A stretch of DNA of 64,000 nucleotides from Rhodoferax sp. (GTDB lineage Bacteria > Pseudomonadota > Gammaproteobacteria > Burkholderiales > Burkholderiaceae_C): NCBI GenBank assembly GCA_039923645.1, contig JBDTCK010000109.1:7367-71366 (forward strand), read 5' to 3'. The notes beneath the pieces were generated by a model that made no database searches, had not been told where the DNA came from, and saw nothing but the letters and a program-made list of their open reading frames with translations. The position numbers were made by a program, and so were the translations under genes. Shown piece after piece: positions 20,805 through 30,327 of this stretch (its first letter is position 1; each line of letters begins with the position of its first letter).

Positions 20805-21230
20805 TCACGACCCATGCGGTGCCTGCACGTCGAAGGTCTCGTCGCCCAGTTTGCCGGCCGTTGCAAAGCCCGGGCCCGCGTGCGGCGCAGCGAGGTCGAG
20901 CGCCAGCGTCGCCAGCTCGTGCGCGTCCAGCATGACCTGGCCGGCCTCGACCTTGACGGCGAAGCGCGGCGTGCAGCCTTCGTCGGGGGCCTTGGCACAA
21001 CCGTCGTCCAGGCCGATCACGCGGTTGTGCAGCGGGCAGGCCACGCTGGTGCCGAACACGATGCCCTGGCTCAGCGGGCCGCCCTTGTGCGGACAGCGAT
21101 CGAGCAGCGCAAACACCTGGTCCTGGTCGTTGCGGAACACGGCGACGGCCACGCCCGTGGGACGTGCGATGCGGCGCGCGCCCAGCACGGGGATGTCCTG
21201 CACCCGGCAAATTACTTTCCAGTCACTCAT
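20805..21230 (-). CDS. nirD: Nitrite reductase small (Rieske-type) subunit
   Basis: CPHKGGPLSQG, CPLH. Confidence 0.9.
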   Translation of the reverse strand: MSDWKVICRVQDIPVLGARRIARPTGVAVAVFRNDQDQVFALLDRCPHKGGPLSQGIVFGTSVACPLHNRVIGLDDGCAKAPDEGCTPRFAVKVEAGQVMLDAHELATLALDLAAPHAGPGFATAGKLGDETFDVQAPHGS

Positions 21231-21232
21231 TT

Positions 21233-21274
21233 GCTATTCCGTTTGTAGCTATCTGTGCTTTGCTGATATGGGCT
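21233..21274 (+). repeat. Double-dyad repeat copy in nirB-nirD spacer
   Basis: GCTA-ttccgtttg-TAGC-tatctgt-GCTT-tgctgatat-GGGCT. Confidence 0.75.
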
Positions 21275-21298
21275 GGCAACGGTTTTCATCTAAAACTC

Positions 21299-23761
21299 TC
21301 AGATCGTGATGGGTTCGAACTGCCGCGCGTCCACGCCCGCCTTGTCGGACTCAAACCACGGATCGGGCTCGCCGTCCACGCTGAACTGCAGGCGCTCCCA
21401 CAGCGCCTTGCGGCCCGCGGCGTCGTCCAGGATGCGCTTCTTGACCTGGTCGAGCCCGACGCGCTGGATGTAGTGCACGGTGCGCTCAAGGTACCAGCCT
21501 TCCTCGCGGTACAACTGCAGGAAGGCCCCCGCGTATTCGAGTACCTCGGGCCCGGTCTTGACCTTGACCAGGAACTGCGCTACCTCGGTCTTGATGCCGC
21601 CGTTGCCGCCCACATGGATTTCCCAGCCCGAGTCGACGCCGATGATGCCCACGTCCTTGATGCCCGATTCGGCGCAGTTGCGCGGGCAGCCGCTCACCGC
21701 CAGCTTGACCTTGTGCGGCGCATACATGCGCCACAGCGCGCGCTCCAGGTCCTTGCCCATCTGCGTGCTGTCCTGCGTGCCGAAGCGGCACCATTCGCTG
21801 CCGACGCAGGTCTTGACCGTACGCAGCGCCTTGGCGTAGGCGTGGCCCGAGGGCATGCCGATGTCCTTCCAGACGTTTTGCAAGTCTTCCTTCTTCACGC
21901 CCAGAAGGTCGATGCGCTGGCCACCCGTGACCTTGACGGTCGGGATCTTGTATTTGTCCACCGCATCGGCGATGCGGCGCAGTTCGGCCGCCGTGGTCTC
22001 GCCGCCCCACATGCGCGGGATCACGCTGTAGGTGCCGTCCTTCTGGATGTTGGCGTGGCTGCGCTCGTTGATGTAGCGGCTTTGCGGATCGTCCTTCGCC
22101 TCTTTCGGCCAGGTAGAGAGCAGGTAGTAGTTGACCGCGGGGCGGCAACTGCTGCAACCGTTCGGCGTGCGCCACTCCATGAAGTGAAAGACGTCGGCTA
22201 TGGCCAGCAGCTTGTGTACCTTGATGGCCTCGCGCACCTCCTGGTGGCTGTGCTCGGTGCAGCCGCACAGCGCTTTTTTCTTCGGAGTGGCCGAATAATC
22301 GCCGCCGGCCGTGAACATCAAAATCTGCTCGACCAGCCCGGTACACGAGCCGCATGACGCGCTGGCCTTGGTGTGCTTGCGCACTTCATCGAGCGTGAAC
22401 AGGCCCTTGTCCTTGATCGCCTTGCAGATGGTGCCCTTGGTGACGCCGTTGCAGCCACAGACTTCGGCGTCGTCGGGCATGCTGGCGGCCTTGCTGTGGC
22501 CCTCGTGGCCGCTGTCGCCGATGTTGGATTCGCCAAATATCAGCTTGTCGCGGATGTCGTTCACACTGCGCCCGTCGCGCAACAACTTGAAGTACCAGCT
22601 GCCATCCACCGTGTCGCCATACAAGCAGGCGCCGACCAGCTTGTCGTCCTTGATCACGAGCTTCTTGTAGACGCCACCGAACGGGTCGCTCATCACCAGC
22701 TCTTCGGTGCCTTCGCCGCCCATGAATTCGCCGGCCGAGAACAGATCGATGCCCGTGACCTTGAGCTTGGTCGAGGTCAGCGAGCCGGTGTAGCGGCCGA
22801 TGCCGAACTGCGCGAGGTGGTTCGCGGCCACCTTGGCCTGCTCGAACAGCGGCGCGACAAGGCCGTAAGCGATGCCGCGGTGCGCCGCGCATTCGCCCAC
22901 GGCGTAAATGCGCGCGTCGGTCACGGTCTGTAGGGTGTCGTTCACCACGATGCCGCGGTTGCAGTGCAGGTGCATCTTCTCGGCCAGTTCGGTGTTGGGG
23001 CGGATGCCCACGGCCATCACCACCAGGTCGGTCGGCAGCTCGGTGCCGCCCTTGAACTGGATCGCCCCGACCCGGCGGCGAGCAGGGACGTCGTCATCCG
23101 TGCGTCCATCCCGCTCGGGGATCAGGGCCTGTGTCTGCACACCGATCAAGAACTTCAGTCCGCGCGCCTCCAGCGATTTCTGCAGCAGCTTGCCCGCCAC
23201 GTCGTCAAGCTGGCGCTCCATCAGCCAGGGCATCACATGCACCACGGTCACGTCCATGCCGCGCAGCATCAGGCCGTTGGCCGCTTCCAGTCCCAGCAGG
23301 CCGCCGCCGATGACCACCGCGCGCTTGTATTTCTGGGTGGCATCGATCATCGCGTTGGTGTCGGCAATGTCGCGGTAGGCGATCACGCCTTCCAGCTGAT
23401 GGCCCGGTACCGGCAGGATGAACGGATTGGAGCCGGTACACATCAGCAGCCGGTCGTACGGCTCCTCGGTGCCGTCAAGAGCGCGCACGATGCGGTGCAC
23501 GCGGTCGACTTCCACCACCTTCTTGCCGGCGTGCAGCGTGATGTGGTTGTCCTGGTACCAGTCCCAGGAGTTCAACACGATCTCGTCCAGCGTCTGCTCG
23601 CCTGCGAGCACCGGCGACAGCAGGATGCGGTTGTAGTTGGGGTGTGGCTCGGCGCCGAACACCATGATGTCGTACAGCTCGGGCGCGATTTTGAGTAATT
23701 CCTCAAGGGTGCGCACCCCGGCCATGCCGTTGCCCACCATCACCAGCCGGGACTTTTTCAT
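21299..23761 (-). CDS. nirB: NAD(P)H nitrite reductase large subunit
   Basis: GNGMAG, GGGLLGLEAA, two BFD motifs, KTCVGSEWC, SGCPRNC. Confidence 0.95.
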   Translation of the reverse strand: MKKSRLVMVGNGMAGVRTLEELLKIAPELYDIMVFGAEPHPNYNRILLSPVLAGEQTLDEIVLNSWDWYQDNHITLHAGKKVVEVDRVHRIVRALDGTEEPYDRLLMCTGSNPFILPVPGHQLEGVIAYRDIADTNAMIDATQKYKRAVVIGGGLLGLEAANGLMLRGMDVTVVHVMPWLMERQLDDVAGKLLQKSLEARGLKFLIGVQTQALIPERDGRTDDDVPARRRVGAIQFKGGTELPTDLVVMAVGIRPNTELAEKMHLHCNRGIVVNDTLQTVTDARIYAVGECAAHRGIAYGLVAPLFEQAKVAANHLAQFGIGRYTGSLTSTKLKVTGIDLFSAGEFMGGEGTEELVMSDPFGGVYKKLVIKDDKLVGACLYGDTVDGSWYFKLLRDGRSVNDIRDKLIFGESNIGDSGHEGHSKAASMPDDAEVCGCNGVTKGTICKAIKDKGLFTLDEVRKHTKASASCGSCTGLVEQILMFTAGGDYSATPKKKALCGCTEHSHQEVREAIKVHKLLAIADVFHFMEWRTPNGCSSCRPAVNYYLLSTWPKEAKDDPQSRYINERSHANIQKDGTYSVIPRMWGGETTAAELRRIADAVDKYKIPTVKVTGGQRIDLLGVKKEDLQNVWKDIGMPSGHAYAKALRTVKTCVGSEWCRFGTQDSTQMGKDLERALWRMYAPHKVKLAVSGCPRNCAESGIKDVGIIGVDSGWEIHVGGNGGIKTEVAQFLVKVKTGPEVLEYAGAFLQLYREEGWYLERTVHYIQRVGLDQVKKRILDDAAGRKALWERLQFSVDGEPDPWFESDKAGVDARQFEPITI

Positions 23762-23792
23762 ACGGAGCCTTTGCAATGAGTCAATGGCATTG

Positions 23793-23808
23793 AGCAAGTC
23801 CCATGCCA
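23793..23808 (-). promoter_or_regulatory. sigma54 promoter for nirBD-nasA operon
   Basis: Minus strand TGGCATGGGACTTGCT (GG-N10-GC). Confidence 0.75.
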
Positions 23809-23849
23809 TGTGATAGCGCTCCAGCGGACGCGTGCGGGGCGGCCCGGCA

Positions 23850-23907
23850 TGCACTCATGTGTTGCATTGCACCAATCTGGAAGCCGAATGCGCTTGCCCT
23901 TGGTGCA
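23850..23907. promoter_or_regulatory. NtrC-like enhancer sites
   Basis: TGCACTCATGTGTTGCA, TGCACCAATCTGGAAGC and CGCTTGCCCTTGGTGCA resemble TGCACC-N5-GGTGCA. Confidence 0.6.
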
Positions 23908-23956
23908 TGGACGGCAATCTCGCGCCGTTATTACGCCGGGCGCGTTCGAGAGTGGC

Positions 23957-23972
23957 TGGCGTACATCTTGCT
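23957..23972 (+). promoter_or_regulatory. sigma54 promoter for nitrate transporter
   Basis: TGGCGTACATCTTGCT (GG-N10-GC). Confidence 0.7.
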
Positions 23973-24053
23973 CGGAACCTGAGTATTCGCGGCGTTGGTG
24001 GGTGCTGTCGCTGGCCCTGTGTGCAGGTCTTTTATTTTTGCAAAGGAAACTCG

Positions 24054-25454
24054 ATGAAGAACATCATGGCTTCGCTCAAGAGCGGTGACTGGAAGTCGCT
24101 ACTGGCCTGCTTCCTCTACTTTGACTCGGGATTCACCATCTGGGTCATGCTTGGCCCGCTGGCGCCATTCATCAGCAAGGACATCGTGATGTCCCCAGCA
24201 GAGCAGGGCTTTCTGGTGGCGGTGCCAGTGCTGGCGGCGGCGATCCTTCGCGTCACGCTGGGCAACCTGCTGCAATCGGTGGACGGGCGCAAGATTGCCC
24301 AGATGGGCGTGCTGTTGTCTGCGGTGCCGTCCATTGTGCTGCTGTTGATGCCTGGTGTGCCCTCATACCTGACGCTGCTGATCCTCGGGGTGTTTCTGGG
24401 GATGGGCGGCGCGAGTTTTGCCGTGGCGCTGCCGATGGCCGGCAGCAACTACCCGCCCAAGGTGCAGGGTCTCGTGCTGGGGCTGGCAGCCGCGGGCAAC
24501 ATCGGCGCGGTGCTGGATGGTTTCATGTTTCCGGGGCTCGCCCATGCCTACGGCTGGCAGCGCGCCACGGCCGCCGCTCTGCCGTTGCTGGCGATCACGG
24601 CACTCGCGCTGTTTTTCTGGGCCAAAGACCGCGGACCCAAAAGTGGCAGCAGTGTGCCGGCGTTTGCCGGCTTCGTGGTGAACCTGCTGGGACTGATAGT
24701 CATGGTGCTCCTGGTGCATGCGGGTCTGCTCGGTCACGGCAAGACCGGACTGCTGTTGCTGCCGTTCCTCGGTGCCCTGCTGGCGGTGGCGGTGCTGCCG
24801 CACAAATATCGCGCCGTGCTGGCCGAGCGCGACACCTGGGTGATCATGCTGGTCTACAGCATTACCTTTGGCGGCTTTGTCGGCATGGCGTCCTATGTGT
24901 CGCTGCTGCTCATCAACCTCTACCAAATGAGCAAGATCGACGCTGGCTTGATGATGGCAGCGCTGGCCTTCACCGGCGCGATTCTGCGACCGCTGGGCGG
25001 GCTGATAGCCGACCGCGTCTCGGGCGTGCGCGCGCTGCTGTTCCTGCTGGCGGGCATTTCCGCGCTGGATTTCACCTTTGCGGCGGTGACGCCGGCCATG
25101 GGCGCAGGCATATTGCTGTTGTTCGGGCTGTATGTCTGCTTTGGGTTGGGCAACGGCGCCACGTTCCAGCTGGTGCCGCACCGCTGGCAGGGACGAACCG
25201 GTGTGATGACGGGCATCATTGGCGCGGCTGGCGGCATTGGCGGCTTTTATCTGCCGGTCGTGATGGGGATTGCCAAGGAAAGTACCGGTAGCTACCAGAT
25301 GGGCTTTGCCACCTTTGGAGGCATCGCGGCGCTGGCCTTCGTGCTGGTGGTCGTGCTGCGCCAACAATGGCTCATGTGGGCCATGCCCGGGAATGCAGAA
25401 CTTGACCTGCCGGCCCGCATGGCGCTGTCACCGTCGATGGGGGCATCCCGGTAG
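24054..25454 (+). CDS. NarK/NasA-family nitrate/nitrite MFS transporter
   Basis: GGASFA, G..GNIG, FGGFVG, GLGNGATFQLVP, GAAGGIGGF. Confidence 0.88.
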   Translation: MKNIMASLKSGDWKSLLACFLYFDSGFTIWVMLGPLAPFISKDIVMSPAEQGFLVAVPVLAAAILRVTLGNLLQSVDGRKIAQMGVLLSAVPSIVLLLMPGVPSYLTLLILGVFLGMGGASFAVALPMAGSNYPPKVQGLVLGLAAAGNIGAVLDGFMFPGLAHAYGWQRATAAALPLLAITALALFFWAKDRGPKSGSSVPAFAGFVVNLLGLIVMVLLVHAGLLGHGKTGLLLLPFLGALLAVAVLPHKYRAVLAERDTWVIMLVYSITFGGFVGMASYVSLLLINLYQMSKIDAGLMMAALAFTGAILRPLGGLIADRVSGVRALLFLLAGISALDFTFAAVTPAMGAGILLLFGLYVCFGLGNGATFQLVPHRWQGRTGVMTGIIGAAGGIGGFYLPVVMGIAKESTGSYQMGFATFGGIAALAFVLVVVLRQQWLMWAMPGNAELDLPARMALSPSMGASR

Positions 25455-25524
25455 GCAAACCTGCCAGGACGAAACTGCGGGCTCGTTCTGTGCAGCGCCC
25501 GTGCCCGTGCGAAATGACCCAGTC

Positions 25525-26070
25525 TCAGTGCCCGTTGCTGCCCTGGCGGCTGGCCTCGAACAGGAACCAGGTCCGGCGCTCGGTTTCGTCGATCCAGACT
25601 TCGATCAGGCTTGCGGTGGCGATATCGCTGTGCTCCTCGCACACGCCGTGGGCTTCGCGCAGGCTCGCGGCCAGCGTCTTGTTGTCCTCGCGCAGTTCGG
25701 CCAGCATGTCCTGCGGCTCGACGTAGTCGGCATCGTTGTCGAGTACGCGCTGGGTGCGGGCAATATGTCCGATCGAGCGCAGTGTGGTGCCGCCCACCTT
25801 GCGCACGCGCTCGGCAATGGGGTCGGCCATGGCGAAAAGCTGGTCGCCCTGCTCGTCCAACATCAGGTGGTAGTCACGGAAGTGTGGCCCGCTCATGTGC
25901 CAGTGGAAATTCTTGGTCTTGAGATAGATGGCGTAGACGTCCGCCAGGATGGCGTTCATGGCGCCAGAGATGTCGCGGGTCGCCGTTGCCTTGAGGTCGG
26001 TGGGCGTGGCCAGCGGCGCTTTCTGGCGGACCTTAAGGGACTGGAGCTTGGTTGCTGCATTCTTCTTCAT
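25525..26070 (-). CDS. dps: Dps family ferritin-like protein
   Basis: KTKNFHWHMSGPHFRDYHL.LDEQ, D.IAER. Confidence 0.92.
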   Translation of the reverse strand: MKKNAATKLQSLKVRQKAPLATPTDLKATATRDISGAMNAILADVYAIYLKTKNFHWHMSGPHFRDYHLMLDEQGDQLFAMADPIAERVRKVGGTTLRSIGHIARTQRVLDNDADYVEPQDMLAELREDNKTLAASLREAHGVCEEHSDIATASLIEVWIDETERRTWFLFEASRQGSNGH

Positions 26071-26203
26071 GGGTAGGTTCCTTTTCGATGGCTTACCCTC
26101 GCCTGGAGCGGTGGGGCACCTTCAACATAGCACAAAGCCACGCCTTCGGCGGGCGGCGAACCGGTGATTTCCCCGACGTGGCTTCGTCCTCTAAACTCGG
26201 TTC

Positions 26204-27256
26204 ATGGCGGCAACTGTGTTGGTGTTGGGTATCGAGTCCTCGTGCGACGAAACCGGCGTGGCCCTGGTCGAGGTGCTTGGCCCTGGCGTGCCGCGCCTGC
26301 GCGCCCACGCACTGCACAGCCAGATCGAAATGCACCGGGCCTATGGCGGCGTGGTGCCCGAACTGGCCAGCCGCGACCACATCCGCCGCGTACTGCCGCT
26401 CACGCGCCAGGTGCTTATGGAGGCCGGCGCCGCACTGACCGAGGTTGACGTGGTGGCCTACACGCGCGGCCCGGGACTGGCGGGCGCACTGCTGGTGGGT
26501 GCCGGTGTCGCGTGCGCATTGGGCGCCGCGCTCGGCAAGCCGGTACTGGGCGTGCACCATCTCGAAGGACATTTGCTGTCGCCGTTTTTGAGTGCCGACC
26601 CGCCGCAGTTTCCGTTTGTGGCGCTGCTGGTGTCGGGCGGGCACACGCAGCTGATGCGGGTCGACGGCGTCGGGCGCTACGAGTTGCTGGGCGAGTCGAT
26701 CGACGATGCCGCCGGCGAGGCCTTCGACAAGTCCGCCAAGCTGCTGGGTCTGAGCTATCCGGGAGGGCCCGCGCTGTCCAGGCTGGCCGAGCACGGCCAC
26801 GCGGGGGCATTCAAGTTGCCGCGCCCGCTATTGCACAGCGGCAATCTCGATTTTTCTTTTGCGGGACTCAAGACGGCGGTGATGGTGCAGGCAAAAAAGC
26901 TGAGTGACCAACTCGAGGCGCGCAAGGCCGATCTGGCTGCGTCCACCCAGGCCGCGATCGTGGAGGTGCTGGTAAAGAAGTCGCTGTCGGCCCTGCGCCA
27001 GACGGGCCTCGGAAGACTGGTAGTGGCCGGTGGCGTCGGGGCCAACCGCAGCTTGCGGCTGCAGCTCGATGCGGCCTGCAACGCAGTCGGCGTGCGAGTG
27101 CACTACCCGGAGCTCAATTTGTGCACCGACAACGGCGCCATGATCGCGCTGGCCGGCGCGATGCGCCTGCAGGCCGGCGTGCAGGCTGCAAGCTGGGTCT
27201 ACGCGTTTGACGTGAAACCGCGCTGGCCGCTGGACTCTCTCCAGCAATCCACATAA
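26204..27256 (+). CDS. tsaD: tRNA t6A threonylcarbamoyltransferase
   Basis: [34 protein letters not shown]. Confidence 0.95.
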   Translation: MAATVLVLGIESSCDETGVALVEVLGPGVPRLRAHALHSQIEMHRAYGGVVPELASRDHIRRVLPLTRQVLMEAGAALTEVDVVAYTRGPGLAGALLVGAGVACALGAALGKPVLGVHHLEGHLLSPFLSADPPQFPFVALLVSGGHTQLMRVDGVGRYELLGESIDDAAGEAFDKSAKLLGLSYPGGPALSRLAEHGHAGAFKLPRPLLHSGNLDFSFAGLKTAVMVQAKKLSDQLEARKADLAASTQAAIVEVLVKKSLSALRQTGLGRLVVAGGVGANRSLRLQLDAACNAVGVRVHYPELNLCTDNGAMIALAGAMRLQAGVQAASWVYAFDVKPRWPLDSLQQST

Positions 27257-27267
27257 AAATAGCCACC

Positions 27268-27309
27268 AGCCCTGATGCACAGGGCGCTGGCGGCTATTCA
27301 AGTTGTAGC
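27268..27309 (-). repeat. Double-dyad repeat copy between convergent tsaD and hsp20
   Basis: Minus strand GCTA-caacttgaa-TAGC-cgccagc-GCCC-tgtgcatca-GGGCT; perfect consensus. Confidence 0.8.
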
Positions 27310-27312
27310 GAC

Positions 27313-27684
27313 TCAGTTGATCACGAGCTGCGTCACATTGCTCACTGGCACTTTTTTGGTCAGCTTGAGCGTCAACACGCCATTTTCCAGCTTGGCGTCG
27401 CTGGCACCCACATCGATGTCTTGCGGCAGCTCGTAGGCGGCCTTGTAGCGGCGCGGCGCGCCCTCCAGGCTCTCGATGCGCACGACGTTGCCTTCGATGC
27501 CGATGGACAACTGCTCCTTGGCAACACCGGGCACGTCGAAGCGCATGGTGACGGTCTTGTCGTCCTGCTCGACCGCATCGCCCTTTTGGCGCGCGGCGGA
27601 CTGCGTGTCGTCCAGAAAGCGCTCGAGCGAGGGGGCATAAACGCTGCGGCGCAGGACTGCGGGGGCGACAGGGGTAAAGAACAT
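27313..27684 (-). CDS. Hsp20/alpha-crystallin family protein
   Basis: DVPGV.KE, A.LENGVLTL.L.K. Confidence 0.85.
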   Translation of the reverse strand: MFFTPVAPAVLRRSVYAPSLERFLDDTQSAARQKGDAVEQDDKTVTMRFDVPGVAKEQLSIGIEGNVVRIESLEGAPRRYKAAYELPQDIDVGASDAKLENGVLTLKLTKKVPVSNVTQLVIN

Positions 27685-27739
27685 GGTGGAACTCCTTGTA
27701 AACTGCGCGGCTTTCAACATCGATCGCCGCATGCAACGA

Positions 27740-27767
27740 ATCTGTGTGCATCGCGTCTGTTTTCAAG
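27740..27767 (-). promoter_or_regulatory. Possible sigma32 promoter for hsp20
   Basis: Minus strand CTTGAAA-N13-ACACAGAT; good -35, weak -10. Confidence 0.35.
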
Positions 27768-27779
27768 GCAAGTTTCTCA

Positions 27780-29063
27780 ATGAATATTTCGCGTCGTCGA
27801 CTCTTGAATTCCCTCACGGCGGCGCTATGTGCACCAGCCGCTTCGTTCGCCCAGACGCCGCAGGGCGGCCCCATCAAGCTGGCCTTGATCGAAGGCCTGA
27901 GCGGCCCGTTCGCCAACGCGGGCGAGGCCGTGTACCGCAACCTGCTGTGGGCGGTGGAGCGCGTCAATGCACACGGTGGTGTGAAGCTGCCTGAAGCAAG
28001 GGGCGGTAACCGCTTGCTGCAACTCGATCGCTACGACAGCAAGGGGCAGAACGAAGAGGCCCTGTCGGCCTTGCGCTCGGCCATCGACGACGGCGCACGG
28101 CTTGTGCTGCAGGGCAACTCGTCGGCCGTCGCCGCGGCACTGATCGATGCGATCAACAAGAACAACGAACGCGATCCGCGCAAGCAGGTCATTTTTCTCA
28201 ACTACTCCGCGGTCGATCCGATCCTGACCAACGAGAAGTGCAGCTTCTGGCACTTTCGCTTCGACGCCCATGCGGACATGCGCATGGCCGCGCTGATGCA
28301 GGTGATCAAGGATGACAAGGCCTTGCAACGCGTGTATCTCATTGGTCAGGACTACAGCTTTGGCCAGTCCGTGCTGCGCGAGGCGCGGCGCCAGCTCGGC
28401 GTGCAGCGCCCCGAGGTGCAGATCGTGGGCGACGAGCTGCATCCGATGGGCCGCATCAAGGACTTCCTGCCTTACGCGACCAAGATCAAGACCAGCGGCG
28501 CACAGGCCGTCATCACAGGCAATTGGGGCAACGACCTCACGCTGCTGATCAAGGCCGCCAGGGAAGTGGGCTATGACGGCAAGTTCTACAACTTCTACGG
28601 CAACGCCCTGGGCGCGCCGGCCGCCATCGGCGACGCCGGGGTGGGCAAGGTGATTGCCGTGGCCGAATGGCTGCCAAACGTGCCGGGCGCCGCCAGCGAG
28701 GCGTTCTACCATGCGTTCCGACAGCGCTTTCCGAAACCGGCGGACGACTATGTGCACATGCGCATGCAACTCATGATGCAGGCGCTGGCGCAGTCGATCG
28801 AGCGCGCGGGGACAACCGATTCGATTGCGGTTGCGAACCAGCTGGAGCGGGCCAGCATCAGTTTTGCCGGGCAGACCGGTACCATGCGCGCTCTCGATCA
28901 CCAGTTCCAGCAACCACTGGTGGTGGGTGTCATGGAACGCCAGGGCAGCCCCGGCGTGAAGTTCGACGAGGAGGGCTCGGGCTACGGTTTTCGCGTGATC
29001 CGGCAAATCAGCGCCGCGCAGGCCGAGCAGCCCACGACTTGCCATATGGAGCGCCCCTCTTGA
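27780..29063 (+). CDS. Branched-chain amino acid-type ABC substrate-binding protein (Tat signal)
   Basis: SRRRLL twin-arginine; LSGPFA, QDYSFG, GNWGNDL. Confidence 0.85.
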   Translation: MNISRRRLLNSLTAALCAPAASFAQTPQGGPIKLALIEGLSGPFANAGEAVYRNLLWAVERVNAHGGVKLPEARGGNRLLQLDRYDSKGQNEEALSALRSAIDDGARLVLQGNSSAVAAALIDAINKNNERDPRKQVIFLNYSAVDPILTNEKCSFWHFRFDAHADMRMAALMQVIKDDKALQRVYLIGQDYSFGQSVLREARRQLGVQRPEVQIVGDELHPMGRIKDFLPYATKIKTSGAQAVITGNWGNDLTLLIKAAREVGYDGKFYNFYGNALGAPAAIGDAGVGKVIAVAEWLPNVPGAASEAFYHAFRQRFPKPADDYVHMRMQLMMQALAQSIERAGTTDSIAVANQLERASISFAGQTGTMRALDHQFQQPLVVGVMERQGSPGVKFDEEGSGYGFRVIRQISAAQAEQPTTCHMERPS

Positions 29064-29182
29064 TATAGCGCAAGTCCGGCGCCTCGCACCCGGCATAGAC
29101 TCGCGATAAGCTGTCTTGATCCAATACGGATTTTTCGATACCGCTTGAACGCATTTTGACCGCCCTGCGCAGAGACATATGT

Positions 29183-29902
29183 ATGGCTTTGGCTGCTGAC
29201 CCCAAGCAAAACCATTTTCTCGCAGCACTCCCGGCGGCCGAATTGGATCGCTGGCTGCCGCATCTTGAACTCATCGACATGCCGCTAGGCACGGTGCTCT
29301 ACGAGCCGGGTGAAACAATGTCTTTTGCGTACTTTCCGGTGACATCCATCGTGTCGCTGGTGTACCTGCTGGCAGACGGGGCCACCACCAAGGTCGCGGC
29401 GGTTGGCAACGAAAGCTTGATCGGCATTGAGCAGTTCCTGGGCGCTCAATCCGCGCCGTGGCGCGCGTTCGTGCAAAGCGCCGGCCAGGGGTTTCGAGTG
29501 AAGTGGAGCGTGTTGGCGCAAGACTTGGGCGAACCTTCCCGCCTGATGCACCTGCTGCTGCGCAATACCCAGGCGCTGATGACCCAAATCGCGCAGGTTG
29601 CAGTGTGCAACCGGCATCATTCGGTGGAACAGCAAGTGTGCCGCTGGCTGCTGCTCAGCCTGGACCGGCTGCAGTCCAACGAGGTCGTCGTGACGCAGGA
29701 GCTTATCGCCGAGATGCTCGGTGTGCGGCGTCAAGGGGTCGGCGCGGCAACCCGCGCGATGGTAGGTGCCGGCGTGATCAGCTACCGGAGAGGCAGCATC
29801 AAAGTGCTTGACCGCAAACGGCTTGAACAGCGCTGCTGCGAGTGTTACGCCGTGATCAAGAGGGAGTACAAACGCCTGCTCCCGGCAACGCCGGTAGCCT
29901 GA
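29183..29902 (+). CDS. Crp/Fnr-family transcriptional regulator
   Basis: YFP..SIVSL, VGNE, CNRHHS..QQ.CRWLL, TQELIA.MLGVRR HTH. Confidence 0.9.
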   Translation: MALAADPKQNHFLAALPAAELDRWLPHLELIDMPLGTVLYEPGETMSFAYFPVTSIVSLVYLLADGATTKVAAVGNESLIGIEQFLGAQSAPWRAFVQSAGQGFRVKWSVLAQDLGEPSRLMHLLLRNTQALMTQIAQVAVCNRHHSVEQQVCRWLLLSLDRLQSNEVVVTQELIAEMLGVRRQGVGAATRAMVGAGVISYRRGSIKVLDRKRLEQRCCECYAVIKREYKRLLPATPVA

Positions 29903-30144
29903 AACGTCTTAAGGCCGGCGCCACGAGCCGGCAACATCACACCGATAATCGTTGCTCTCGAGGTCGTAACAGTTTGTTTACTTGTGCGGTAGTAGACAGA
30001 AGCGATTTGGGCAAGTCGGTAAAGTGGTAGCGGTGATCCGGCCGTGGTACCGACTGCAAGCGGTGGTCGTGAAGCTTGAGCGGAGGCAGCGAGCACGGCG
30101 CGGCGGATTGCACCCCCGTCCAAATCAACTGAGAGGGATTCGTC

Positions 30145-30327
30145 ATGAGCTTGAACTTGCCCAATCCGTTATTCGTTTCTTACTGCGCCCGACACAAGGC
30201 AGGCCTGGATTTGATCAATACCTGGCTACAGGGGGTGCAACGTGTGCGGCAGCATCAGCTTGATCGGATCGGCGCAGCAGCACCTGATGCAATGGCGAGT
30301 CGCGCGGCCTGGGGAGCAGCGTCATGA
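30145..30327 (+). CDS. Small hypothetical protein (60 aa)
   Basis: GAGAGGGA RBS; ATGA overlap with the next ORF. Confidence 0.4.
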   Translation: MSLNLPNPLFVSYCARHKAGLDLINTWLQGVQRVRQHQLDRIGAAAPDAMASRAAWGAAS

